Positions 19,816-28,219 of a stretch of DNA of 64,000 nt are shown here, piece by piece. The stretch is taken from positions 1,276,878-1,340,877 of the forward strand of contig JBFLYH010000001.1 of the NCBI GenBank assembly GCA_040756875.1, read 5' to 3'. How positions within the stretch are numbered: the stretch's first letter is position 1; every line of letters starts with the position of its first letter. The DNA comes from a candidate division FCPU426 bacterium (lineage in GTDB: Bacteria > Oederibacteriota > JAAXVQ01 > JAUVAV01). Position numbers and translations under genes: made by a program. Below the pieces are notes generated by a model. The model did not search any database and had not been told where the DNA came from. It worked only from the letters and a program-made list of their open reading frames with translations.

Positions 19816-20597
19816 GGCTTGGCTCCGGCCGCAGCGGGCTTGCGGGCCGCGCACACCGCGGACACGCCCCACGGCAGCCTTCCGATCAGAATAAGGCGGG
19901 TCTCGATCCGGAGCAGGCCGGCGAACAGTGCGGACAGCCAGGGATGCGGCAGATACGTGTTGGTGCGGATGCGCGGCACGGGTTCCCGGCCCAGCAGCCG
20001 TCGCCAGCCGAGCAGCCAGCGGTAGGGCCAGTAGTAGAAAGCGTTGGCATACGAGGCTTTCAGGACCTGGAACCCGGCGCGCGCCACGCTCTGAGCCAGC
20101 TCTTCGATGCGGTAGCGCCGCCGGTGGGCCAGGCGCTGGTCGCGCTCGCTCCACAGGCGCTGGTCGGCCGGCACGGTCAGGATCAGCAGGCCGCCCGGCT
20201 TGAGCACGCGCCAGGCCGAAGCCAGCGCGGTCTCCGGTTCCTCCAGGTGTTCCAGAATCTCCACGGCGGTCACGAGATCGAAGGTCTCCGCTTCGAAAGG
20301 TTCCAGGTGCGTGGCATCGCCCAGGACCAGGCGTTCGGCCGGCTGGCCGGCTGTGCGGCACAGGGCGATGGCCTCGGACGAGCAATCCAGACCCCAGGCT
20401 TCGCCCCAGGCGCCCAAAAACGAAAGCGTGCCCCCGGCCGCGCAACCCACGTCCAATATCCTATACCCCGGATCAGGCAAATGGCGCCCGCTGAATTTGC
20501 GGATCAGGCCCAGCACCAGGTGCTGCCGGCCCTGGTTCCACCAGTAGCCGCTGCCCGCTGTTGCCAGGTCGTGGTAGATTTGCCGGTCCATCAACAC
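19812..20597 (-). CDS. class I SAM-dependent methyltransferase
   Basis: ILDVGCAAG, FDLV..EILEHL, LKPGG, HRRRY. Confidence 0.9.
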   Translation of the reverse strand: MLMDRQIYHDLATAGSGYWWNQGRQHLVLGLIRKFSGRHLPDPGYRILDVGCAAGGTLSFLGAWGEAWGLDCSSEAIALCRTAGQPAERLVLGDATHLEPFEAETFDLVTAVEILEHLEEPETALASAWRVLKPGGLLILTVPADQRLWSERDQRLAHRRRYRIEELAQSVARAGFQVLKASYANAFYYWPYRWLLGWRRLLGREPVPRIRTNTYLPHPWLSALFAGLLRIETRLILIGRLPWGVSAVCAARKPAAAGAKP

Positions 20598-20626
20598 CTC
20601 GCCCTTCGTTCACTCACGTTCATTCC

Positions 20627-20656
20627 GGTAGGGGCGTTCAATTGAACGCCCCTACC
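20627..20656. repeat. perfect 30-bp GTAG-type REP-like palindrome
   Basis: GGTAGGGGCGTTCAA-TTGAACGCCCCTACC. Confidence 0.8.
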
Positions 20657-20666
20657 TCAAACGAAA

Positions 20667-22079
20667 TCAACCAGCTTTCTTTCCAAGGTTCAGCGCATCC
20701 GCGACCACGCCCACCCCGTCTGCGAGCTGGGAGCGGAAATCCCACCAGGAGCGCAGGGTGAACAGCCTGCGGGCCAGGTAGCCTGGGCGCAGGTAAAACC
20801 GCCTCACCGCCTCCCGCCGCAGAGCCAGGATGCGCTCCGCCGGCAGTTCACGCGTGGCCATGGCGCCCTGCAGTCCGGACTGATCCATGGTGCGCACGCT
20901 GGGCTGAATCAGGCCCTGGCTGATGGCCTGGGCCCTGAGCCCGGTGTTGGCCCTGGGGATGGCCACGTTGAAGGCTACGTAATCCAGGGGCAGTTCCAGG
21001 GCCAGGCGGATGGTTTCCCGCGCCTGCGCCTCGGTCTCGCCCGGCAATCCCAGCATGAACGTGGCCGCGGCGCGGATGCCGCTGGCCCGGCAGGCGGCCA
21101 GGGTCTCGCGAATGCGTCCCAGCGGGATGTTTTTATGGTACTGCTGCAAGGTCTGCTCGCTGCCGCTTTCCACGCCGAAAATGATCGTATGGCAGCCGGC
21201 CCGGGCCATGGCCGCGAGCAACTCGGCATCCAGGACGTCGGCGCGGGAAAAACAGGACCAGTGGAAGCGGAACGGCCGGCGCCCCAGCATTTCGCACAGG
21301 GCCAGGGTGCGGTCGCGCCGCACGCCGAAAGTCTGGTCCAGGAAAAAAATTTCCCGCACGCCCTGTTGGTGCAGGCCCTTCAGTTCCTCCTCCAGGTCCG
21401 GCAGGGGCCGCACGCCGAAGCCCAGGCCCGGAATCACGCAGAAATCGCAGCGGAACGGGCAGCCGTAATCCGTCAGCATGGCGGTCAGCGGATGCCCGAC
21501 CGCGAAGGGAAAACGGTAGCGCCGCAAGGGGAACCATTCGTGCCGCGGCCTGGGCACGCGGTAATGGGCCGGCACCGGCTCCAGCCCGTTGCCAATCCAC
21601 TTTCCGCTCGGGTCCCGGTAGCGGATGTTCGCCAGTGGCCGGCCTTGGGGCCCGGCCAGCAGGTCGAGCAATCCCGGCGCGATGAAGCTGAAGAGCGCCG
21701 CGTCCAGGGCCGGCGCCTCGGCCAGACGGCTGTCCGTGTCCTCCAGGAGCACGTCGCCCAGGCCGACCAGCAGCGCCTGCGGGGCCGCCTGCCGGAGGCG
21801 GTCCAGGAACGCCCGGTCCTCGTCCCAGGAAGCCGCGCCCACCAGGCTCACCACGGCGTCGGGCGCGAAGCGCGCGATGCGCCGCAAACTCTCTTCCGGC
21901 GCGAGCCGCTCCACGATCGCGTCCTGCACCGCCACGTCGTGCCCGCCGGCCAGGAGGCCCGAGAGCATGATCAGGGCCACGGGCGGCGAAATGTAATTGG
22001 ACTTCGCGAGCTTGGAGCAGAAGTAGTCGCGGATGTAATTTTGCGAACCCGGCGGGTTCAGCAGCAGTACGCGGCTCAT
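20667..22079 (-). CDS. B12-binding radical SAM protein
   Basis: N-terminal LLLNPP, GCPFRCDFC, FGVESG, FMLGLPGET. Confidence 0.88.
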   Translation of the reverse strand: MSRVLLLNPPGSQNYIRDYFCSKLAKSNYISPPVALIMLSGLLAGGHDVAVQDAIVERLAPEESLRRIARFAPDAVVSLVGAASWDEDRAFLDRLRQAAPQALLVGLGDVLLEDTDSRLAEAPALDAALFSFIAPGLLDLLAGPQGRPLANIRYRDPSGKWIGNGLEPVPAHYRVPRPRHEWFPLRRYRFPFAVGHPLTAMLTDYGCPFRCDFCVIPGLGFGVRPLPDLEEELKGLHQQGVREIFFLDQTFGVRRDRTLALCEMLGRRPFRFHWSCFSRADVLDAELLAAMARAGCHTIIFGVESGSEQTLQQYHKNIPLGRIRETLAACRASGIRAAATFMLGLPGETEAQARETIRLALELPLDYVAFNVAIPRANTGLRAQAISQGLIQPSVRTMDQSGLQGAMATRELPAERILALRREAVRRFYLRPGYLARRLFTLRSWWDFRSQLADGVGVVADALNLGKKAG

Positions 22080-22102
22080 GCATTCACCAGGAAGTAGTGT
22101 TC

Positions 22103-22277
22103 GTCATTGCGAGCGAAGCGAAGCAATCCGTGTTTCCAAGTGGAGTGCCCCCCGGACTAAAGTCCGGGGCTCCCTCCCTCCGCAAACTAATCCCGCAATC
22201 CTCTCCCCGGGCTGAAGCCCGGGGATTCCTGCGGAGGGATTGAGATTGCTTCGTCCCCCTTGGGGACTCGCAATGAC
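22103..22277. repeat. GTCATTGCGAG...CTCGCAATGAC repeat, copy 2, interrupted by a 101-bp element
   Basis: Perfect 11-bp terminal inverted repeat; internal GAAGCAATC/GATTGCTTC inverted repeat. Confidence 0.8.
22141..22241 (-). mobile_element. 101-bp hairpin element, IS200/IS605-end-like, copy A
   Basis: Hairpins CCCCGGACTAAAGTCCGGGG and CCCCGGGCTGAAGCCCGGGG. Its reverse complement aligns without gaps to 57600-57700. Confidence 0.65.
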
Positions 22278-22284
22278 AATAAAA

Positions 22285-23088
22285 TCATTTTTTCACCGCT
22301 GTCACGTGCGCGCCCATGGCGCCCTGTTCCCCGCGCCGCAGGCTGCCCTCCAGCCACGAAGCGGCCGAAAGCAGGCGGCGCGCCAGGCGCAGGAACCATC
22401 CCGCCAAGCCTCCGCCCGGCCGCAGCGATTGCGCGGCCCACAAGGCGGCCGGATCGGCTGAACGCTCCAGGCGGCTGAAAAACAGGTAATCCAGCTGCTG
22501 GGTCAGCCAGTAATCCGCATGGCGCACCCCGCGCACTTCGAAACCGGCCAGGACCAGGCGCGCGAGCAGGTCCAGGGTGGCGAACTGCTGGCAGTGACCG
22601 CCCCACTTGGCCTTGAGTTCGTGGCCGCGGCGCGCGTACACGGTCCTGGGATTGCCCTCGCACGGCACGTATAGGTGCAGTACGCCTCCCGGCGCCAGCA
22701 CGCGGCTGCATTCCCGCAGCACGCCGTCCGGATCAGGCACGTGTTCCAGAATATCGAAGCCCAGCACCGCCGAAAAATACCCGGCCGGGTAGGGCAGCCG
22801 GGCCGCGTCCGCCTGGCGGCAGTCCAGCCCGGATTCACGCGTGACCACGGCCACGGCCTCGGGGTCCAGGTCCACGCCGTGCAGTTCCAAGTCCGGCCGC
22901 CGCCGTTTCAGGCCGCGCAGGTATTGTCCTCCGCCGCAGCCCAGTTCCAGCACCCGGCCGCGCACCTTGGCCAGGGCCGCGAGCGCCCGCGCGAACTTGA
23001 GCCCCGAGAGCGACAGCGCGCGCGGGCTGGCTTCGCCCCGGCCGAAGACAAACCCCTGGGGATAGGGATTGCGCGGCGCAACAATCAC
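22285..23088 (-). CDS. class I SAM-dependent methyltransferase
   Basis: VLELGCGGG, GVD, DILEHV, LAPGG. Confidence 0.9.
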   Translation of the reverse strand: MIVAPRNPYPQGFVFGRGEASPRALSLSGLKFARALAALAKVRGRVLELGCGGGQYLRGLKRRRPDLELHGVDLDPEAVAVVTRESGLDCRQADAARLPYPAGYFSAVLGFDILEHVPDPDGVLRECSRVLAPGGVLHLYVPCEGNPRTVYARRGHELKAKWGGHCQQFATLDLLARLVLAGFEVRGVRHADYWLTQQLDYLFFSRLERSADPAALWAAQSLRPGGGLAGWFLRLARRLLSAASWLEGSLRRGEQGAMGAHVTAVKK

Positions 23089-23912
23089 TTTTTTATCCTG
23101 CGACGGGACCGGGGCCCGTTCTTGGGCCCGGTTGGTTCGCCGGGATGGATTTCCACCCGGCGCAGGCTGGAGAACAGGAACTTGATGATCAGGGTCATGA
23201 GAAAGCTCTGGATCATGATGCGCCAGGAAAACGTGGACTTGCCCTGCTCGCGGTCCTTGAACACAATGGGGATCTCGCGCACCGTGAAACCCAGGAGCAG
23301 GGCTTTGTACAGCAGCTCCTGCACGATTGAGGGGCCCAGGGACACGGTGTTGTCCATTTTCACGGCTTCGAGCACGCGGCGGTGGAAAAGGCGGTAGCCC
23401 GAGGTGCAGTCGTGCACCTGCCGCAGGCCCAGGATGCGGCGGATGTAGAAGTTCGCCAGGCGGGTGATGCCGTGGCGGAGCCAGCCGCGGTTCAGGTCCC
23501 TGCCGCCGGCTACGAAGCGCGAGCCCACGACCACGTCCGCCTCCCGCGCCGCGGCGATCAGGTCCGGCAGGTGGCGGGGATGGTGGGAAAAATCCGCGTC
23601 CATTTCCACGATCAGGTCCGCGCCCTTGGCCAGCGAGGCCTTGAAGCCCGCGATGCCGGCCGTGCCGCGCCCGCGCTCGTGCAGGCGGTGGACCACGTGC
23701 AGGTGCGGCCGGGTCCGGGCCAGGCGGTCCGCGAGTTTGCCCGTGCCGTCCGGCGAATTGTCGTCCACCACCACGATGGACAGGCGCGGGATTTTGAGGG
23801 CGTCGATGCTTTCGATCAGGGTGGGCAGGTTGTTGCTCTCGTTATAGGTCGGGATCATGACGAACACCGCGGGGCCGCGCCCCGCTTCCGGCCGGCGCGC
23901 GCGGGCGGTCAT
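23085..23912 (-). CDS. polyprenol-phosphate mannose (sugar) synthase-like GT2 (DPM1-like)
   Basis: IPTYNE, VDDNSPDGT, MDADFSH, GSRFV.GG, DCTSGYR. Start from the ATGA overlap. Confidence 0.88.
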   Translation of the reverse strand: MTARARRPEAGRGPAVFVMIPTYNESNNLPTLIESIDALKIPRLSIVVVDDNSPDGTGKLADRLARTRPHLHVVHRLHERGRGTAGIAGFKASLAKGADLIVEMDADFSHHPRHLPDLIAAAREADVVVGSRFVAGGRDLNRGWLRHGITRLANFYIRRILGLRQVHDCTSGYRLFHRRVLEAVKMDNTVSLGPSIVQELLYKALLLGFTVREIPIVFKDREQGKSTFSWRIMIQSFLMTLIIKFLFSSLRRVEIHPGEPTGPKNGPRSRRRIKK

Positions 23913-25027
23913 GCGGCGCCCAGCCACGCGCGGCGGACGGCCTGCCACACGGTCTCCGCGTCCAGCTGTTCCATGCAGTTGGGATGCTTATCGCACTCGC
24001 GCCGGTAGCAGGGCGCGCAGCCCGCGGGCGACACCAGCTTTTCTCCCGGCGCAGGCACCCCGATCTCCTGGTGGACCGTGGGTCCGAACAAGGCCACCAC
24101 CGGGCGCTTGACCGCCAGGGCCAGGTGCAGGGCCACAGTGTCGCCGGTCACCACCACCCGGCAGGCTTCGAGCAAGCCGGCGAACTCGCGCAAGGTATGC
24201 GCGCCGCGCGTGTCCAGGAGCGGGGTTTTGGCCAGGCTGCGGATGCGGGCGTTGAGGCGACGCTCCTGCGGCCCGCCCAGCAGCAGCACGCGGGCCTTGA
24301 GTTCCCGGCGGGCGCGGCGCGCGAGCGCCGCAAAACCGTCCGGTGTCCAGGATTTGTTGGCGAACGCGGCCCCGCTGCCCGTGAACAGCCCCAGCAGGCG
24401 CTCGCCCCGGGCCACGCGGTTGCGTTTGAGGAAGGCGCGGGCCGCCTGCCGGTCAACGTCCGTCAGGCTGAAGGCATAGGGTTCGCCCCGGTACTGCAGC
24501 CCCGCGGCTTCGAAAATGATTTCCGGGTAGGTTTTCAGGTTCCGGCGGAACTTGAGCTCGTCGCTGACGCCCAAGGCCAGGGAATACTCCGCCTCGGGCG
24601 TGAACGGCCGGGGCGTGCCCGTGCCGTCCGGGGCCAGGCCCCAGCCCCGCTTCTCGCGGGCCGCGATCCGCTCGGCCAGGCCCAGGGCCCAGGGCTCCTT
24701 GTCCAGGCAGACGAGCAGTTCGAACGGGCGGGCCAGGAGTTCCTGCGCGCTCTCCAGACTCCAGGCCAGCACGCGGTCCAGGCTGGGAAGCCCTTGCAGC
24801 AGTTCCGTGGATTCGGGCGCGGTCAGCCAGGTCAGGTGCGCGTCCGGATAAGCGCGGCGCAGGCCGGCGATCAGGGGCGTGGTGCGCAGCACGTCGCCGC
24901 GCGCGCCCAGCTTGATGACGAGCAGGCGCGGCCCGAGCGGCTGAAAGGCGGAGCAGCCTTCGCACAGCCGGTTTTCCCGGCACGGCTTGTCGCCCCGCCA
25001 CCAGCGGCAGTTCGTGTGAAAGACCAC
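23909..25027 (-). CDS. family 9 glycosyltransferase (heptosyltransferase-like)
   Basis: IKLGARGDVLRTTP, VTGDT..LHLA.A, ALFGPT, C-terminal CAPC. Confidence 0.88.
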   Translation of the reverse strand: MVFHTNCRWWRGDKPCRENRLCEGCSAFQPLGPRLLVIKLGARGDVLRTTPLIAGLRRAYPDAHLTWLTAPESTELLQGLPSLDRVLAWSLESAQELLARPFELLVCLDKEPWALGLAERIAAREKRGWGLAPDGTGTPRPFTPEAEYSLALGVSDELKFRRNLKTYPEIIFEAAGLQYRGEPYAFSLTDVDRQAARAFLKRNRVARGERLLGLFTGSGAAFANKSWTPDGFAALARRARRELKARVLLLGGPQERRLNARIRSLAKTPLLDTRGAHTLREFAGLLEACRVVVTGDTVALHLALAVKRPVVALFGPTVHQEIGVPAPGEKLVSPAGCAPCYRRECDKHPNCMEQLDAETVWQAVRRAWLGAA

Positions 25028-25029
25028 TC

Positions 25030-25968
25030 CTACGCCTCCCGGCTTTTGGTTTGGAACCAGGCGATGGTTTTTTTCAGGCCTTCGGCCAGCGGGACCTTGG
25101 GCGTCCAGCCCAGCAGTTTTTGCGCGCGCCGGATGTCCGGCCTCCGGCGCTGCGGGTCGTCGCCGGGCAATGGCTTGAACACCAGGGGCAGTTTCCTGCC
25201 GGTCAGGCGGTTGACCAGGCGCGCGGCCTCCAGCACCGTAAACTCGCGCGGATTGCCGAGGTTGATGATGGCGCCCGCGGTCCGCGGCCTGAAGGCGGCG
25301 CGGATCAGGCCCTCGACCAGGTCGTCCACGTAGCAGAAGCTGCGGGTCTGCTGTCCCCGGCCGTAGATGGTCAGCGGTTTTCCGGCCAGGGCCTGGGTGA
25401 TGAAATTGGAAACCACGCGGCCGTCGTCCGGCTGCAGGCGCGGGCCGTAGGTGTTGAAGATGCGCACGATGCGCGCGTCGAGCCGGTGCTTGCGCACGTA
25501 CTCCATGGTCAGGGCCTCGCCGAACCGTTTGGCTTCGTCGTAGCAGGAGCGGACGCCGACCGGATTCACGTTGCCCCAGTCGCTTTCGGTCTGGGGATGG
25601 TGCAGCGGATCGCCGTAAATCTCCGAGGTGCTGGCGAACAGGTACTTGGCCTTCTGCCTGCGGGCGAGCTCCAGCAGCTGGTGGCTGCCCAGGCTGTTGG
25701 TCATGAGCGTGTCAATGGACCAGGCCTGGTAATACGGCGGAGAGGCGTAGGACGCCAGGTTGAAGACGCAGTCCACGGCCAGTGACCGGGGCTGCCGCAC
25801 GTCACCCTTCACGAAGCGGAAGCGCGGCGATTTCCGCGCCCTGGCCAGGTTGGCCGTCCGGCCGGTTTTTAAGTTGTCCAGACAAATGACCGAATGCCGC
25901 AGGGCCAGCAACCGGTCGCACAAGTGCGACCCGATGAAACCCGCCCCGCCGGCGACCAAGATCCTCAT
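25030..25968 (-). CDS. UDP-glucuronate decarboxylase (UDP-xylose synthase) family SDR
   Basis: GGAGFIGSHL, ASP..Y, STSEIYGDP, SCYDEAKR, RIFNTYGP, DDPQRRRPDI. Confidence 0.92.
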   Translation of the reverse strand: MRILVAGGAGFIGSHLCDRLLALRHSVICLDNLKTGRTANLARARKSPRFRFVKGDVRQPRSLAVDCVFNLASYASPPYYQAWSIDTLMTNSLGSHQLLELARRQKAKYLFASTSEIYGDPLHHPQTESDWGNVNPVGVRSCYDEAKRFGEALTMEYVRKHRLDARIVRIFNTYGPRLQPDDGRVVSNFITQALAGKPLTIYGRGQQTRSFCYVDDLVEGLIRAAFRPRTAGAIINLGNPREFTVLEAARLVNRLTGRKLPLVFKPLPGDDPQRRRPDIRRAQKLLGWTPKVPLAEGLKKTIAWFQTKSREA

Positions 25969-26005
25969 GGAACCTCCGTCTCTCCTTGATATTGTTCAAC
26001 CTATG

Positions 26006-26106
26006 GTCATTGCGCGCGAACGGAGTGAGCGTGGCAATCCAAGCATTTCGGTAATAAGCCAAGCTAGATTGCTTCGTCACCCAGAAACGGGGTTCCTCGC
26101 AATGAC
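26006..26106. repeat. GTCATTGCG...CTCGCAATGAC repeat, copy 3
   Basis: GTCATTGCG..GGCAATC..GATTGCTTCG..CTCGCAATGAC. Confidence 0.8.
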
Positions 26107-26242
26107 ATCATCGGAAATACATCTTTTTTCGGTTAAATCCTCTCATTTATATCATGTTTTCTTGCATGTAAAAACCTTTTTCCACGCCCTGGCATCCGGT
26201 ATAATGCGTTGTTTTCCCACTCTCCCGGTATTGGAGCCCAGC

Positions 26243-28219
26243 ATGACCGCCTCCCCTTCCGCTTCCCCGACCCCTGCCTGGACCTGGCCGGCCAAACTGT
26301 TCGCGGCCAGCCTGGTGGTGCTGGCTTTCGGCCTGCTGCTGCAGCCCCTGGGCGATCCGGACGTGTACATCCACCTGCGCGACGGCCGCTACTGGGTCCA
26401 GAAACACCTGCACGCAGGCCCCGAGCCTTTCGCCTACACGGTCCCGGACAAGCAAATCGAAAAAGTGGAAGTGCTCTTCCGCATCGGCATCTACCTCGTT
26501 TACCGTTTGGGCGGCTATCCCCTGCTGATCATCCTCAAAGCCCTGGCCATGACCGCGGCCCTGTGGCTCCTGGCTGCGCTAGTGTACCGGCGCTGGCCGA
26601 ACCTGGCCGTGGTCAGCCTGCTGCTGGCCGTTGCCATGCTGGCGCCCATGACCCGCATCATGCCCGAGCGGCCCTATGTCGTCACCTATTTGCTGCTGCC
26701 CTGGGTCATGCTGGTGCTGGAGCGCTTCCGCGGCGGAACCTCGTCCTCGGCCCGGCGCGACCTGTGGCTCCTGCCCTTGCTGGTCGTTCCCTGGGTGAAC
26801 CTGCACCCCGGCTTCATCGTCATGTTCGGTTTCATCGGCGCCCACCTGCTCGAGGAGGCCTGGGAATACTGGCGCGCGCCGGGCGCGGCGGGCAAACAGC
26901 GCCTGCTGCACCTGGCGGCCGTGCTGGCGGTCGCGGCCCTGGCCGGCGCCCTCAATCCCCTGGGCTTCGGCATTTACCGCTTTGTGTTCGAAACCACGGC
27001 TTCGCGGGATTTCATGCGCTTCCTGACCGAATGGGCGCCGCCGGTCTGGTCCGAACAGCCGCTCTTCTTCATCCTCCTGGCCGTGACCTGGCTGGCGCAG
27101 CTCGCGGCCTGGCGCCGCACCCGGCTCGCGGATTGGCTGCCCCTGCTGGCGTTCTCGTACCTGGCCCTGAAATCCTACCGCAACCTGCCCCTGTTCTTTT
27201 TCGCAGCCCTGCCGCCCCTGGCCGCCAACCTGCGGTGGCTGGCCGGAAAGCTGCCCTGGCGGGCCGCGCTCTCCGCCGCTTCGCGCCGTCTGGCCCTTTT
27301 CGCGGGCGCGGGCCTGGCCGCCGTGCTCATCGCCTTGTCCGCAGTCACGGGCTTCAGCTTCAGGCTGGGCCTCATCCCCAACCTTTACCCCACGCACGGC
27401 CTGCCCTGGCTGCTCAAACACCCGCTCCACGGCCGCATTCTGGCCCACGACATTTGGGGCGGATACATCGGCTGGATTTCCCAGGGGGGCGTGCAGGTTT
27501 TCATCGACGGCCGCTTTCCCCTGTTCGGGGAAAAGCTGTACGCGGACTACCGCAAAATGATCTGGGGCGACCCCCAGGAGTGCCTGGCGCTCCTGGACCG
27601 CTACGACATCCAGGGCCTGCTGGTCTCCCCCAAGAACGAAATCCGCATGTTCCAGCAGATCTGGAAATCCGGGCAATGGGTGCTGGTGTATTGGGACGAC
27701 GACTGCCTGATTTACGCCCGCCGCAGCCAGGGCAACCTGCCGGTGATCCTGTCGTTCGGCTACACGGCCATTGATCCCAAGAAGAACCCCTTTTTCCATC
27801 CGCAAAAACCCGAGCAGGCCCTGGCCGAGGCCCAGCGCGCGGCGGAGATCGCGCCGGACTCGGTCCTGCCGCTGTTTTTTACCGGCCAGTTGCAGCTGCA
27901 ACTGGGGCGGCTGCAGGAAGCGCGGCTGGCTTTCGAGCAGGTGCTGCGGCGCGCGCCCCGGCATGCGGGCGCCTGGTTCCAGCTGGGGATGATCGCTCGC
28001 GAGGACAAACAATGGCAGGAGGCCGAACGCCGGCTGCGCCGCGCGTACGGCTATGAAACATCGCCTCCCTGGCGGGGCCGGATCAGCTATTTTCTGGCGG
28101 ACACCCTCAAGAACGACCCCGGCCGCAGAAGCGAGGCCCTGGCCTGGGCTCGGCGCAGCCGCGCCCTGCTCCCGGACTGGGAGCCGGCCGCCACGCTGCT
28201 CAAGGAGTTGGAGCCTTAG
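26243..28219 (+). CDS. GT-C-like polytopic membrane protein with C-terminal TPRs
   Basis: Start at ATG 26243 (GGAG RBS). DPDVYIHLRDG, WVNLHPGF, LNPLG, TEW, FIDGR, and terminal TPR helices. Confidence 0.75.
   Translation: MTASPSASPTPAWTWPAKLFAASLVVLAFGLLLQPLGDPDVYIHLRDGRYWVQKHLHAGPEPFAYTVPDKQIEKVEVLFRIGIYLVYRLGGYPLLIILKALAMTAALWLLAALVYRRWPNLAVVSLLLAVAMLAPMTRIMPERPYVVTYLLLPWVMLVLERFRGGTSSSARRDLWLLPLLVVPWVNLHPGFIVMFGFIGAHLLEEAWEYWRAPGAAGKQRLLHLAAVLAVAALAGALNPLGFGIYRFVFETTASRDFMRFLTEWAPPVWSEQPLFFILLAVTWLAQLAAWRRTRLADWLPLLAFSYLALKSYRNLPLFFFAALPPLAANLRWLAGKLPWRAALSAASRRLALFAGAGLAAVLIALSAVTGFSFRLGLIPNLYPTHGLPWLLKHPLHGRILAHDIWGGYIGWISQGGVQVFIDGRFPLFGEKLYADYRKMIWGDPQECLALLDRYDIQGLLVSPKNEIRMFQQIWKSGQWVLVYWDDDCLIYARRSQGNLPVILSFGYTAIDPKKNPFFHPQKPEQALAEAQRAAEIAPDSVLPLFFTGQLQLQLGRLQEARLAFEQVLRRAPRHAGAWFQLGMIAREDKQWQEAERRLRRAYGYETSPPWRGRISYFLADTLKNDPGRRSEALAWARRSRALLPDWEPAATLLKELEP

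Noticed and set aside
19816-20445. N-terminal extension of the 1176-aa ORF (also 8106-8936, 25760-26242 and 48511-48690)
   Set aside because: These overlap other genes or repeats in another frame. RBS and ATGA/GTGA coupling support the shorter starts.
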